This document shows, in pieces, positions 39,646 through 49,931 of a stretch of 64,000 nt of DNA. The stretch is from Bdellovibrionota bacterium. GTDB lineage: Bacteria > Bdellovibrionota_C > UBA2361 > JAAYZI01. The stretch is from contig JBMNIF010000003.1 of the NCBI GenBank assembly GCA_050950765.1, forward strand, positions 224,001 through 288,000, given 5' to 3'. Within the stretch, counting starts at the first letter, position 1. Each line of letters begins with the position of its first letter. The position numbers and the translations under genes were made by a program. The notes beneath the pieces are model-generated. The model had not been told where the DNA came from. It ran no database searches and worked only from the letters and a program-made list of their open reading frames with translations.

Positions 39646-40050
39646 ATGAAGATTAACCAACGTATTATTGTATTATCAGTGCTAACAATCTTTGTTACAG
39701 CTTGTGGTAGCGAGTCCCTTTCAGGGCGAGAAGCAGGTGCTCTAACAGGTACCGCACTTGGTGCTGGACTTGGTGCAATCATAGGACATGAAACAGGACA
39801 TACTGGCGCTGGTGTTGCGATTGGCGCAGGATCTGGTTTATTGGCAGGCGGACTAATCGGAAACGAAAGTGATAAAACAAGGCGTCGTGCTGATGAACAG
39901 GACGAACGCATGCGTCGTCAAGATGAAGAGCTCCGTAGACAAAATCGTGAGATTCAAGAGCTCAGACGTCGCGAAGGAGTTACAGATGATAGGTATTATG
40001 ATAATACATATCGAAATGATCCATACCGAAATGATTCTTACAGGTATTAA
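39646..40050 (+). CDS. Glycine-zipper lipoprotein
   Basis: VTAC lipobox, GALTGTALGAGLGAIIG...GVAIGAGSGLLAGGLIG, coiled-coil tail. Confidence 0.85.
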   Translation: MKINQRIIVLSVLTIFVTACGSESLSGREAGALTGTALGAGLGAIIGHETGHTGAGVAIGAGSGLLAGGLIGNESDKTRRRADEQDERMRRQDEELRRQNREIQELRRREGVTDDRYYDNTYRNDPYRNDSYRY

Positions 40051-40173
40051 GGCTTAAACAACGTTCACGTTGCATATTATGCGAAAAGGGCTATGTGTAT
40101 GTGAACGTAGTTTAGTATCGTCTGTATTCAGTTTATTATTTTTTATTGTATAAATTATTTTTGAGGGCTTTGT

Positions 40174-40500
40174 ATGTCTAGTAAGTTAAAACACATTACT
40201 GATGCCAATTTTGAAGAAGAGGTTCTTAAATCAGACCTTCCGATTGTTGTTGATTTTTGGGCACCGTGGTGTGCACCATGCAAGAGCTTGGCTCCTGTTT
40301 TAGAAGAATTAGCAGAAGAGTTTGCTGGCAAGGTCTATATTGGTAAAGTCAATATTGATGAAAACAGTGTTACTCCAACTAAATACAACGTTAGAAGCAT
40401 CCCCAATTTAGTTTTTTTCAAATCAGGACAAGTTGTAGATCAGTCTATCGGCAACGTACCGAAAGAGCAGCTAAGCACAGCTATAAAAAAGCTTTTATAA
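40174..40500 (+). CDS. trxA: Thioredoxin
   Basis: VVDFWAPWCAPCK, KVNIDEN, VRSIP. Confidence 0.96.
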   Translation: MSSKLKHITDANFEEEVLKSDLPIVVDFWAPWCAPCKSLAPVLEELAEEFAGKVYIGKVNIDENSVTPTKYNVRSIPNLVFFKSGQVVDQSIGNVPKEQLSTAIKKLL

Positions 40501-40676
40501 AAATAAAATAAAAGCGAGATCTCAGTGCGTTAACCTTGTCCCTGATAAGGGCAAGGTCTGCCTTTATTTACTTATTATCATATAAGGTTTACATTTGCAG
40601 AAATTCGGTGGACTTCACCATATGATGTCGTACGTACTTTTACACCTACAAAAACAGTTCAAAACGTTATCACACC

Positions 40677-41966
40677 TTGCAAGTCAATACCGTTATAAAC
40701 CAACAAGAAGAGATGCAAAACGAATATAATCTTTTATCAGAGCAGGAGAAACATAACCTTTCCAGAATTCTTGCCGATGCTATTATCTATTATATCGAAT
40801 CAGATATTGCTGTTTACATAGATAACTTCGGGTTACTACTTCCGCAACGCAAGACAGAAGATGTCGTTAGGTACTACAACGAACACGCTCTTATCAGGTC
40901 AGAAACAACTTATAATATTATCTTTGAAAAATGCACAGACCTGACAAGCTATCACCGAAAGCGTTTCGGTAAGATAGTAGATATAAGAGAGCTTTCAAAA
41001 AGAGTGCATCCACGCCTCCCCCTCGCTTTATCAATCAAGTGGGACGAAAGCACTTTGCGTTTAGTTCTCTCTGAATTATTAAAACAGATCAAAGAAGAAA
41101 CAGTTTATTTCGGTTCATCAAACCGTTTACAAACGATAGGAACATTTTATGGGCTTCACAATAGACAGGGCGACAATTTAAAAGACTGGATCGCAGGTTC
41201 AGACTTTTTTCTTGAACCGACCTACAAACAACTTTTAAAAGCAGGTCCAGCAAAGATGTTTCAACCTCCAACATTTGAAGATGCTTGGGAGCCTCTGATC
41301 TGTGCTTATGGCGATCCACTTGCAACATTTTCAATAAGGGTTCGTGAAGAGCTCAATAAACTTGGCTATTCCCTCCCAACAGAGCAGGAACCTACCATTC
41401 AAGTTGCTGCCTTTGAAAGGACTCTTACGGATGGCGACACTGCCACACTTTATTGCACCAACGGATTAAGAAACTCCATTTTTAAAGGGAACATCCCTAG
41501 CGGAGTTGAATTTGTCTTTCAGATAAGGGGAAAACAGGACTTAGATATCGCAACACAACCTTCAAGAGCTTTCGCTTTAGGATGGATTCTTTTAAACGGC
41601 TCTCGCACTGGCATGATCGTTCCAGGTGTCGGACTTAATTGTCAAAGCGCCTTATCTGAACAATTCGGTTGTAAACTAACTGCTATCTTCACTACCGATT
41701 TCGCCCAGATAAGACACCCTGCGAATTCACCTCAAGGTACATTTACTTATATAAACTTAGTTGGAATAACTGATACTGAAGCTGCATTACTAGAAAAAAG
41801 CAACGCCTCCCACCTCTTAGCGATCTTAAAATACAAAAACTCTGATCAGATAACACGGCTAGACAGATCCTGTCTCATTGGAAGAAGTAAGTTCTCACCT
41901 TCATCAGAAGCGTACAACCGTTTTTTTCATCCGTCTCAACACTCTGAGATTGTCTTGAATTCATAA
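40677..41966 (+). CDS. Suppressor-of-fused (SUFU) domain protein with long N-terminal region
   Basis: C-terminal LYCTNGL, GVEFVF, FTYINLVGITDTE, DQITRLDRS pattern typical of bacterial SUFU; alternative ATG at 40713. Confidence 0.65.
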   Translation: MQVNTVINQQEEMQNEYNLLSEQEKHNLSRILADAIIYYIESDIAVYIDNFGLLLPQRKTEDVVRYYNEHALIRSETTYNIIFEKCTDLTSYHRKRFGKIVDIRELSKRVHPRLPLALSIKWDESTLRLVLSELLKQIKEETVYFGSSNRLQTIGTFYGLHNRQGDNLKDWIAGSDFFLEPTYKQLLKAGPAKMFQPPTFEDAWEPLICAYGDPLATFSIRVREELNKLGYSLPTEQEPTIQVAAFERTLTDGDTATLYCTNGLRNSIFKGNIPSGVEFVFQIRGKQDLDIATQPSRAFALGWILLNGSRTGMIVPGVGLNCQSALSEQFGCKLTAIFTTDFAQIRHPANSPQGTFTYINLVGITDTEAALLEKSNASHLLAILKYKNSDQITRLDRSCLIGRSKFSPSSEAYNRFFHPSQHSEIVLNS

Positions 41967-41979
41967 GCGAGAAGCAGCT

Positions 41980-43020
41980 CTACTTCAGGTCATTCAGTTT
42001 TATGCCATATTTAATAAGAACAATGACTCCAAAACCAACAACAATAATATATTGTAAAAGGTGGCTTACAATAGCATAACTTGTAGCGAGCTCTTTGTTC
42101 TCACCTACTATTGCAAAGGCTATAATACAAGCTACTTCAAAAACACCAAGAAAACCTGGAGCACTAGGAGCAGCCACGCCCAAAGCAAGTACAGTTGTTA
42201 AAACCAAAGCTGCCCAAAAGCTGCCAGCCATGCCATCAAAAGCAAAGAACGTCAATTGATATGTGTAAATCGTTAAGATCCAGATACCAGCAGATAGAAT
42301 AAGCACCATAAAGAGATTGCGAGGTTTGCGCAGCACCTCAGTACCTGTTAAAAAATCAGCAACTAACTTCAGGAGAACCTCTTTTACCCGTTGTGGAAAG
42401 ATAAAAAGGGTTTTTGAAATAATTTTCAAGAGGAACTTAGGACAGAGAGAGCCCATAACGATAAAAGCAAATAAAGCAGCGGCAACCCCTGATAATAAGC
42501 AAGCTCCAACAGATAAACCGTGCCGGATATCAGCAAAGCTTTTTCCTACTCCATCCACCATCCCAGCAGGCAACTCTCCTAAAGAAGCCACCATAACAGC
42601 AAAAAGGATCAGCACCATTGAGAGGTCGAAAAAACGCTCCGTCACAACAGAGGTTAAACTGATAGGATATCTAACCTTACTGTATTTTGTCAGCATTAAC
42701 GGACGAATAAATTCTCCAGCACGTAAAGGTAAGACAAAGTTACCGAAGTTACCTAACATCAAACTATCAAAAAGAAGACTTAACGGCAGCTTCCCGACAT
42801 CTTTCTGATCTGGCAACAAGAAGCGCCAACGCACAGCACGTATAATGCTTTGTATTATAGTCAGGATAAAAACAAGAAATATTATGGGAAGCTTAACGCT
42901 TTTCAGCACTTTTAGCACTTCTGGCACATCAACGTTTAATACTATCCACCAAATTAAAGCAACACTGATAGCAATGCTGAAAAATATTTTAAAATACCTA
43001 AAAAAGGTGGAACGTTGCAT
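41980..43020 (-). CDS. Lysylphosphatidylglycerol synthase TM-domain / flippase-like protein (UPF0104)
   Basis: IRAVRWRFLL, NFVLPLRAGEFIRP, VVTERFFD, PSAPGFLGVFE. Confidence 0.9.
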   Translation of the reverse strand: MQRSTFFRYFKIFFSIAISVALIWWIVLNVDVPEVLKVLKSVKLPIIFLVFILTIIQSIIRAVRWRFLLPDQKDVGKLPLSLLFDSLMLGNFGNFVLPLRAGEFIRPLMLTKYSKVRYPISLTSVVTERFFDLSMVLILFAVMVASLGELPAGMVDGVGKSFADIRHGLSVGACLLSGVAAALFAFIVMGSLCPKFLLKIISKTLFIFPQRVKEVLLKLVADFLTGTEVLRKPRNLFMVLILSAGIWILTIYTYQLTFFAFDGMAGSFWAALVLTTVLALGVAAPSAPGFLGVFEVACIIAFAIVGENKELATSYAIVSHLLQYIIVVGFGVIVLIKYGIKLNDLK

Positions 43021-43183
43021 CTAAAATTTGCTCCTCAATCGTTATAATAAAGTAATTTTGCTACATTAAAGATATAAAATACTAAAATCAACTCCGTGTA
43101 ATTACATTAAAAATGCAAAGGATTCTAGCATCTCTTACAATGTACTAGCAGAGCAAGCAAGAAGTGAACTTTTTAGCACTTAC

Positions 43184-44515
43184 TTACAAATTATCAACCG
43201 TATTAAGCGCCTCAGTAATTCGATCTGGAACTGCGATCCCGCCGCAATCTGCCCCAATAAAATGCAACCCTTTAAAAGCATCTTCACAGTTTCTCATTTC
43301 AGATACTAATTTAAAGTGTCCTACTTCAAACTGGGGAATAGCATAAAGATGCTTTGTTACGCACAATACCCTTGCCGTATCAATGGCAAGTTTATCTGAT
43401 AAGGCTGTTAACGCTGCCTTTTCCCAATACTCAACATCTGCTGATACAATTTCTTGTTTAGAAGCGCCTCCAAAGCAGAGCGTTAGGAGGTGTTGCCCTT
43501 GTGGCGCTTTCTGCGGAAAAAGTTCGGAATTATACATCACCCCTAAAAGGCTATCAGGCATCCCTTTAGGGAAAAGCACTCCAAAAGCATTTTTTTTCAA
43601 TGCTATATCTGAAGAAACACCACAATGAACTACCGCTAACGCTGTGTAGTTTAACTTTGAAAGAGAGTGAGAGAGGTGTGGATTTAAATTTTTTAAGAAA
43701 GGTGCAGTGGCTTTACCCGATGTTGCGATAAAAAGCTCCTTCGTTTTGTAAGTAGCACCACCTGCCAAGACAGAAAATTCTCCTTCACTATATGAAACTG
43801 TTTCAGCTTTAGCTTTTACAATATCAACCTTATCAATTTTTATTTTTAGAGCTTCAATTATTGACTGTGCACCGTGTTTCAAGACAAAGATTCCGCCTCG
43901 AGGAGAAGCTGCGCGTATTTTAAAATATCCTCGTAAATCTTTTCCATCAAGTAACGCCTGCCATAATCCAGGAAAAAGACTTCTAGCACTTAATAGATCA
44001 ACATCTCCACCGTAGATCCCTTTTAAGGCCGCATCAATTAAACGTTCGATCGTTCTTCTCCCAAAAATCTTAGAACAGAACTGCGCTACACTTTCATCAT
44101 CAACTTGCGGTCGTAGTACCTTATTAGAGAAAAGCGCTTTTAGCACTCTCAATAACATCATCTTATCAAAATCGGGGATTAACGGAGTAAGGAAAAACGA
44201 GAACGGGTCTGTCGGAACTTTACAAACCTTATCATTGCACCAAATATATTTTCCAGAACGTGGAGCGCTCGGTTCAATTATATCACCAGAAAGCCCCAGA
44301 TCATCCAAAAACGGCAGAACTCGCCCTTTTTTTACAAAAACGCTTGGTCCCAGCTCACACTGAAAGCCATCGACACGCTTCGTTTGCAAAGCTCCCCCCA
44401 GCTGATCCGGCTCTATAATTAAACTTTTTTTATTCAATTTACTAAGAGCATACACTGCTGTTAAAGCGCTAATTCCGCCACCGATAACTATTGTATCAAA
44501 TGTGTTATTTTCCAT
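43184..44515 (-). CDS. hemY: Protoporphyrinogen/coproporphyrinogen oxidase (HemY-type flavoprotein)
   Basis: IVIGGGISAL, ELGP, GIYGGD..LSARS.FP, FGVLFP, AIPQFEVGH, GIAVPDRI. Confidence 0.85.
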   Translation of the reverse strand: MENNTFDTIVIGGGISALTAVYALSKLNKKSLIIEPDQLGGALQTKRVDGFQCELGPSVFVKKGRVLPFLDDLGLSGDIIEPSAPRSGKYIWCNDKVCKVPTDPFSFFLTPLIPDFDKMMLLRVLKALFSNKVLRPQVDDESVAQFCSKIFGRRTIERLIDAALKGIYGGDVDLLSARSLFPGLWQALLDGKDLRGYFKIRAASPRGGIFVLKHGAQSIIEALKIKIDKVDIVKAKAETVSYSEGEFSVLAGGATYKTKELFIATSGKATAPFLKNLNPHLSHSLSKLNYTALAVVHCGVSSDIALKKNAFGVLFPKGMPDSLLGVMYNSELFPQKAPQGQHLLTLCFGGASKQEIVSADVEYWEKAALTALSDKLAIDTARVLCVTKHLYAIPQFEVGHFKLVSEMRNCEDAFKGLHFIGADCGGIAVPDRITEALNTVDNL

Positions 44516-44670
44516 GTAATTATTAATATCTCTACTTTTTACTATCTACAAGATCCGCCACTAAGAGATCAGCCATTGTCAGAATCATAGTGCTATTATA
44601 TTATTTAGCAGTTTTGCAGCAACTTTCTTGTACTCAAAGAACGGCAAGCGTATTTATTTAGGAGTTCGTT

Positions 44671-45069
44671 GTGCGTTTTTTATACGGTTTTTTTCTCACA
44701 ATTTTATTTATTACAACCTGCTCGGCACCCTCTTTAGCAGATACAACTAAACGAGCTATGCCGCAGCTGCTTTCCACGATGAAACGTCCTCGAGCTCCTA
44801 AACGGAGACCTCACCGCCCGTATGTTAAGATCTTATACCTTTCATTCCAAAGAACTGCTTCCAATAGAGGGATCTGGAAAGGCGCCATTAAAGGACACGG
44901 AGATGTCTCTCTACATTTAAACATTCTAAATAACGGAGTCTTGCACTCTAGCCGTTATATGGGAAACGTTCGTCAACATTATGATGAACGCCCTACATCT
45001 TTTAAATTTATAGGCTCAACTCCGAAAGAACGGAACTGGACTTGGAAGATCGTTGCTAAAGCCAGTTAA
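44671..45069 (+). CDS. Hypothetical secreted basic protein
   Basis: AGGAG RBS, GTG start, signal peptide. Confidence 0.6.
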   Translation: MRFLYGFFLTILFITTCSAPSLADTTKRAMPQLLSTMKRPRAPKRRPHRPYVKILYLSFQRTASNRGIWKGAIKGHGDVSLHLNILNNGVLHSSRYMGNVRQHYDERPTSFKFIGSTPKERNWTWKIVAKAS

Positions 45070-45080
45070 GATCTCGGCTC

Positions 45081-46220
45081 TTACATCATCTTTTTAACTT
45101 CTTCTATTATTTTATTTAAGGCTTCATCAAACGAAAAAGTACCGATTAGATCAGATTTTAACTTAATATTGACGTGATCTGCAGCGCACCAAGCCCCGAT
45201 ATCAGCATCATCAGCTTCACCAGGACCATTTACCCTACACCCCATAACGGCTACTGTTATGGGAGTATCTTTAGCGAATTCAAGGGCAGCACGTACTCGC
45301 GCTGCAAACTCGACAAAGTTTTCATTTTCAACTCGAGAACAGGACGGACAAGATACGATATTTAATCCTTGTTGATTATAAGTGTGACGACTTGCTCTCC
45401 CTGCTAAAACATCTTCAATAATCTTCTTACCGATCTGCACCTCTTTATATTTTTCAGAAAACGGCAATGTTAATGAAACTCTCAAGGTATCTCCGATACC
45501 ATCCAATAATAATGTCTCAAAAGCAGCTCGTGTTTTTATCTCAGCGACAGGCAACATTCCTGCCTCCGTTACACCAAGATGTAAAGGGATGTATGGGAAC
45601 TCTTCCGAAAAACAGTGATTAATCTTTATCACCTCGTTAGGATCTGAACTTTTTAAAGAAACAACATAATTTTCAAAAGAGAACTTCTCCATTAACCTAA
45701 TATGATTACGCACAGAATTCAGTGCAACCTCGTAGGAATCACCTTCCCTTTCTTTTTGATGTGGATCAAGAGAGCCAAAGTTCACTCCAATACGTAACGC
45801 TAATCCGTATTTTTTAGCTGCTTTAACGATCCACTCCACCTTCTCTGCTTCTGTCAGATCGTTATAAGTGTGATAAAGATGCCCAGGGTTATACCGAATT
45901 TTCTGCACGTACGGCGCAACCTCAGGAACAAGTCGAAACGCTTCTTGAATATCAACCACTAAGGCAGCATCTGTCATCTCTCGAATCTTTACTAATGCTT
46001 CAACATCTGCCTTACTATCAACAGCAACTCTGACTAAACCAGCACCGTGATATTTTAACGTATTAATCTGATTAACGGTGGCTGTCACATCTTTAGTCTG
46101 CGTTGCACACATTGATTGCACCAACACTGGTCGTCCAGCACCGATCTCCTGATCTCCTGCTCTAACCAACCATGTGTTTTTTCGAGGTTTTAAAGTGTTG
46201 TTTGCGGCACCGTCTTGCAT
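45081..46220 (-). CDS. ispG: (E)-4-hydroxy-3-methylbut-2-enyl diphosphate synthase
   Basis: VQSM, RYNPG, RIGVNFGSL, SLKSSD, PLHLGVTEAG, GIGDTLRVSLT, CPSCSR, MGCRVNGPGEA. Confidence 0.95.
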   Translation of the reverse strand: MQDGAANNTLKPRKNTWLVRAGDQEIGAGRPVLVQSMCATQTKDVTATVNQINTLKYHGAGLVRVAVDSKADVEALVKIREMTDAALVVDIQEAFRLVPEVAPYVQKIRYNPGHLYHTYNDLTEAEKVEWIVKAAKKYGLALRIGVNFGSLDPHQKEREGDSYEVALNSVRNHIRLMEKFSFENYVVSLKSSDPNEVIKINHCFSEEFPYIPLHLGVTEAGMLPVAEIKTRAAFETLLLDGIGDTLRVSLTLPFSEKYKEVQIGKKIIEDVLAGRASRHTYNQQGLNIVSCPSCSRVENENFVEFAARVRAALEFAKDTPITVAVMGCRVNGPGEADDADIGAWCAADHVNIKLKSDLIGTFSFDEALNKIIEEVKKMM

Positions 46221-46284
46221 TGATTATCATTCCAAATTATAAAGTTGCTTTTCAGGGTACTATATTCAGATCAGGAAGAAAAAT

Positions 46285-46671
46285 ATGTCAAAAATTTTTT
46301 ATATCTTTACAACTATAATCTTTACACTTTGTACAACGGTTCCAACTTTTGCGGAAGAATCAACAAAAGATGACTCCCCCTTTCTGCCAGCATGGAGGCT
46401 ACTGAATAATAACGATAAACAACAATTTGTTAGTGGATATCAACAAGGTTGGAAAGATGCTGTAAAAATAATTGATATCGTGATCGGTTATTTAAAAACG
46501 AATCCAGCTGAAGGAGCTAAGGCACTTGAGCAGATTCGAAACATCTATAACCTTTCAACGATAAAAACACATACTCTAGTACACGAAATCGATCTTTTCT
46601 ACGCCAACCCTCAAAATAATACGGCACCACTTTCAAAAGCGGTTACAGCGGCAAAAACAAAACTTCAGTAA
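46285..46671 (+). CDS. Hypothetical secreted protein
   Basis: Signal peptide; helical 128-aa ORF with RBS. Confidence 0.6.
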   Translation: MSKIFYIFTTIIFTLCTTVPTFAEESTKDDSPFLPAWRLLNNNDKQQFVSGYQQGWKDAVKIIDIVIGYLKTNPAEGAKALEQIRNIYNLSTIKTHTLVHEIDLFYANPQNNTAPLSKAVTAAKTKLQ

Positions 46672-46723
46672 CAATTTTTATTTATAGCGCATAATCTTCT
46701 AACATCTTGATTTAACAGAGAAT

Positions 46724-46745
46724 AGAGGCAGTGTTGCCTCTTTTT
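46724..46745 (+). terminator. Putative intrinsic terminator
   Basis: AGAGGCA-GTGT-TGCCTCT followed by TTTT. Confidence 0.55.
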
Positions 46746-46966
46746 GCTTGCATAAAATGCCTTTCTGTATTTTTAGTTATTCACCATTAAAACATTTCTA
46801 TGCTATACTTCCGAGCTTAAAGATTTAGTTGTTGACAAATACTAGAACGATTCTGCTTTAATCATCTTGATTATATCTATCCAAAAGTAGAACTTAAGGT
46901 GAAGTGTCCTATGTATAATAATACGTAGCGAAGGCACCTTAAAAAGAATGACAAAAAAAGGAATAT

Positions 46967-47503
46967 ATGGTTTCAGTTGAAGAAGTAAATAGCATTATCG
47001 AACGCATTACAGAGCATTATGATCAACCCGTTCCTATTGGAGGGCGGTGCGAAAGCAATATTTTTTACCGTATCGAGGACCTAACAGAGGAAGATCTTAA
47101 CGCCTGCGCTGAATATGTGGCGTATCGCATTGATAACATCATCGCTCCACAAGAACCACAACTTTTTCTGAAGATGCCAGGAGGATATAGTTTTTTTGCA
47201 GAACGTCTCTGTGCAATTTATTCGGAGATCATTTCAAATAAAGATATTCCGTTAGAGCAATACTTAGAAAGCAAAATAGAAAACGGACAAGGGAAACAGT
47301 ATAAAGGTCTCAACTCTATACTTGTGACAGACGTTATCACCACCGCCAGATCCAGCTTAGAAGCTCACACCAAAGCCACTTTAAAGGGCATCTCCGTTGT
47401 GTGTTGGGCTACCTTAATAGATAGGACTTTTGGTCCAGGACCTGTCTCTGTGGTCTCTGCTTTTACAGGAGCTCCAGTTAGGGTATTAACACAGCTATCA
47501 TAA
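46967..47503 (+). CDS. Phosphoribosyltransferase-fold protein (PyrE-like, divergent)
   Basis: ILVTDVITTARS PRPP-loop-like motif, TLIDR, GGRCESNIFY. Confidence 0.6.
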   Translation: MVSVEEVNSIIERITEHYDQPVPIGGRCESNIFYRIEDLTEEDLNACAEYVAYRIDNIIAPQEPQLFLKMPGGYSFFAERLCAIYSEIISNKDIPLEQYLESKIENGQGKQYKGLNSILVTDVITTARSSLEAHTKATLKGISVVCWATLIDRTFGPGPVSVVSAFTGAPVRVLTQLS

Positions 47504-47589
47504 CTTGATTAAGCTCTAGATAATCTACACCCTCTAAATATCATTCTATAATACACAATAGCGAGCTAAGGAGCGCTATCTAATGTTTT

Positions 47590-49617
47590 TTAAATTCTCG
47601 TGGTATTGAAGAATATCAAAAAGTTCCCGACCAGCGCCATTCCAGCCACCACAATGGGTGATGCTAGACCAAGCACTGCCAAAGTAAGTAAAATTACGCC
47701 AAACACAGCAGCGCAACTGTAATTAAAGAAGATTATTTTTTGCCACCGTTTTGCTGCACAAATCACAAAAGTTATGAGAGAAAGGTCTCGTGAAAAAAAC
47801 GCAATATCCGTCACTGAGAGATCCCAATTCAGTTCATTTAAAACACTTCCAATGATACTATTTCTTTTACGCCACGGCGTTAAATCAGTTATCGATCTGA
47901 GATAACTAAGCTCCCTTTCAGCCGAAGCTTCACCAGGCAATCCATGCGGAGCGACCATCATCCCAGTACGCTCAACCAATGAAGCCTCAACCTCTTTACC
48001 GTACAACTCTACTTCGACTTTCTGTTTTGCTAAATCATCATGAAGCTTTCTACCATCTTCAAAAAGAGGGGGTGCGATCTCGATTTTAGCAACAAGCTCC
48101 TTTTCCAATGCGATATAAACCATCTCGGAGCTACTATATTTAGCACCAGTGACATCAGAGGTCTGCATATGAACGCCCCTCTCCACCAGAAAGACTTCAT
48201 TGCCGACACTAAACTCGCTACCTTCAACTTTAGCGCTGAAGCCGCGATCATTATAATCATGAAAATCTGAAACAGTATAAAAAGTTTCTAAGGGGTATTT
48301 TTTATACATATAGGATGCGATAGCACCATTAAGATCTCCTTCGGCACGACCAAAAAAACTAAACAGTATCGCCGCTAAAACTTCTTCATCAATCCTTGTA
48401 TCAATTAACTGAAAATCAACAACTTGTGGTAAGCCAACCGGATCGGAAGCATCATAGTCCATAACTACTTTATTAACTTTCTTTAATCTTTCAAAAACAG
48501 AGAATGTTTTTAAAAATATTCCCCTTATAAAGTTTGATCCGAACACGGCAGAACGATAAAGCGGGTACATCGTTATGGCACGCCCAAGTGTAGCAACAAA
48601 TAAAACAGCCGCTGCGATATTAGCGATCGTCGAAATATCTTCCCCCCTCCCCTGCCAATAAACCACAGCCATACAGGTAATAAAAAGCACAACTGCCACA
48701 ACCGTCACACCATGAGTCGAGACCTGCTTCTGATCAAGATCTTGAACCTTATGTAATTCATCAAGAAATTGCTGATATTCTGAATCTTCCGCTGTTTGCA
48801 GCACTTCACACAGAGCTTCACCGTACTTCACTTCAGAACCAGCAAAGATCTTAACTCCTGCAACATAAGCTCCAGGTCTCCCCCAAAAGCCGATCTTTCG
48901 TTCTAGTAGTTTACAAAAACCACTCCGAATCACGGCATCGCACGGAACGATATCGCCCTTACTTAGCCTAAAAAAATCTCCAACTTTTAGATCCCTAGGA
49001 TCTACTTCCAAAACGGTCTCTGAACCACCACTAAGATTTAATTCTAATTGTGTTTTATCCGAAACATTCTCTGCGGCTGAAAAAACGATTTTTTTTACAC
49101 CTTTTTTAAAAAAACGGAGATCAGCAGAAGCAAAACGCTCCATCTCCCTCTTAAAAGAGAGACTCATCTGTCGATCAAAAGCGACGATAAAAAGAATACT
49201 TAAAAACGCATCAACCTCAACATCTGCACTAAAGGTAGCGATAGCAATCGGAATAATTGCGAAGGCAAGAGCTAGAGCCGTACAAAGCTCAACAGGAACA
49301 ATTTTACGTTGCAAACGTGACCAGATAGAAATAATAAGATCGAAGAACAGAAGTACAGAAAGCACTATACCGAAAAGGAGGAAGATAATTGTAGCGATCC
49401 CTTGAGCTTCATCTTTAATTGGTTGCAGTAAAGGGAGTTCAACTAAAAACTTAGATAAAATCAGCGCCAAGACACCTATAAGCGCCAATTTTAAATTGCG
49501 CCGAACCCTAGCAATCCCCTTGGCGCTGTCTATTACCTGCTCACTTATCTGTTGCATAAGATGCGGTTTTGATGATTTTCTTAAAAGCTTAAGTGCTGTC
49601 ATTCCCATACACGCCAC
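47590..49617 (-). CDS. Degenerate P1B (heavy-metal)-type P-ATPase homologue
   Basis: DLKVGD...GDIVPCDAVI...IFAGS A-domain, GIFLKT..FERLKKVNKVVMD P-domain, RGFSAKVEG...VGN N-domain; DKTGT absent. Confidence 0.8.
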   Translation of the reverse strand: MACMGMTALKLLRKSSKPHLMQQISEQVIDSAKGIARVRRNLKLALIGVLALILSKFLVELPLLQPIKDEAQGIATIIFLLFGIVLSVLLFFDLIISIWSRLQRKIVPVELCTALALAFAIIPIAIATFSADVEVDAFLSILFIVAFDRQMSLSFKREMERFASADLRFFKKGVKKIVFSAAENVSDKTQLELNLSGGSETVLEVDPRDLKVGDFFRLSKGDIVPCDAVIRSGFCKLLERKIGFWGRPGAYVAGVKIFAGSEVKYGEALCEVLQTAEDSEYQQFLDELHKVQDLDQKQVSTHGVTVVAVVLFITCMAVVYWQGRGEDISTIANIAAAVLFVATLGRAITMYPLYRSAVFGSNFIRGIFLKTFSVFERLKKVNKVVMDYDASDPVGLPQVVDFQLIDTRIDEEVLAAILFSFFGRAEGDLNGAIASYMYKKYPLETFYTVSDFHDYNDRGFSAKVEGSEFSVGNEVFLVERGVHMQTSDVTGAKYSSSEMVYIALEKELVAKIEIAPPLFEDGRKLHDDLAKQKVEVELYGKEVEASLVERTGMMVAPHGLPGEASAERELSYLRSITDLTPWRKRNSIIGSVLNELNWDLSVTDIAFFSRDLSLITFVICAAKRWQKIIFFNYSCAAVFGVILLTLAVLGLASPIVVAGMALVGNFLIFFNTTRI

Positions 49618-49931
49618 CTACTTATTATAAACACCTTGTTTAGGATCAGATGCCGATTTTTACATTCAAAAATCAAGATAAAAAAACGAGCACCTCCACC
49701 CCATTATTTATCTAATTTAAGAAGGACAAATTTGCGAGTAAAAAACACTTCACAAAGCAAAAATGAAACAAGGTTCTTATAGCATTGAACTTAGCGTATT
49801 TATGATGATAGTAACAGTTAAAAAACGTTAGGCTTTTTATCCACTAACACCGTAGGCAAACAACTCCCAGCAATGCCAAGCACCTAACAAGAAAAACACC
49901 CGCAAACATTTAATCTAAAATTAAATAAGGA

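Noticed and set aside
40055..40113. Imperfect hairpin between the glycine-zipper gene and trxA (similar ones near 40532-40556, 51850-51888, 60557-60587)
   Set aside because: Single intergenic hairpins without clear U-tracts or shared sequence; most likely ordinary terminators or stabilisers.
47515..47540. CTACACCCTCTAAA resembling the 3' half of a preQ1-I aptamer
   Set aside because: No complementary 5' AGAGG strand, and it lies between convergent gene ends.
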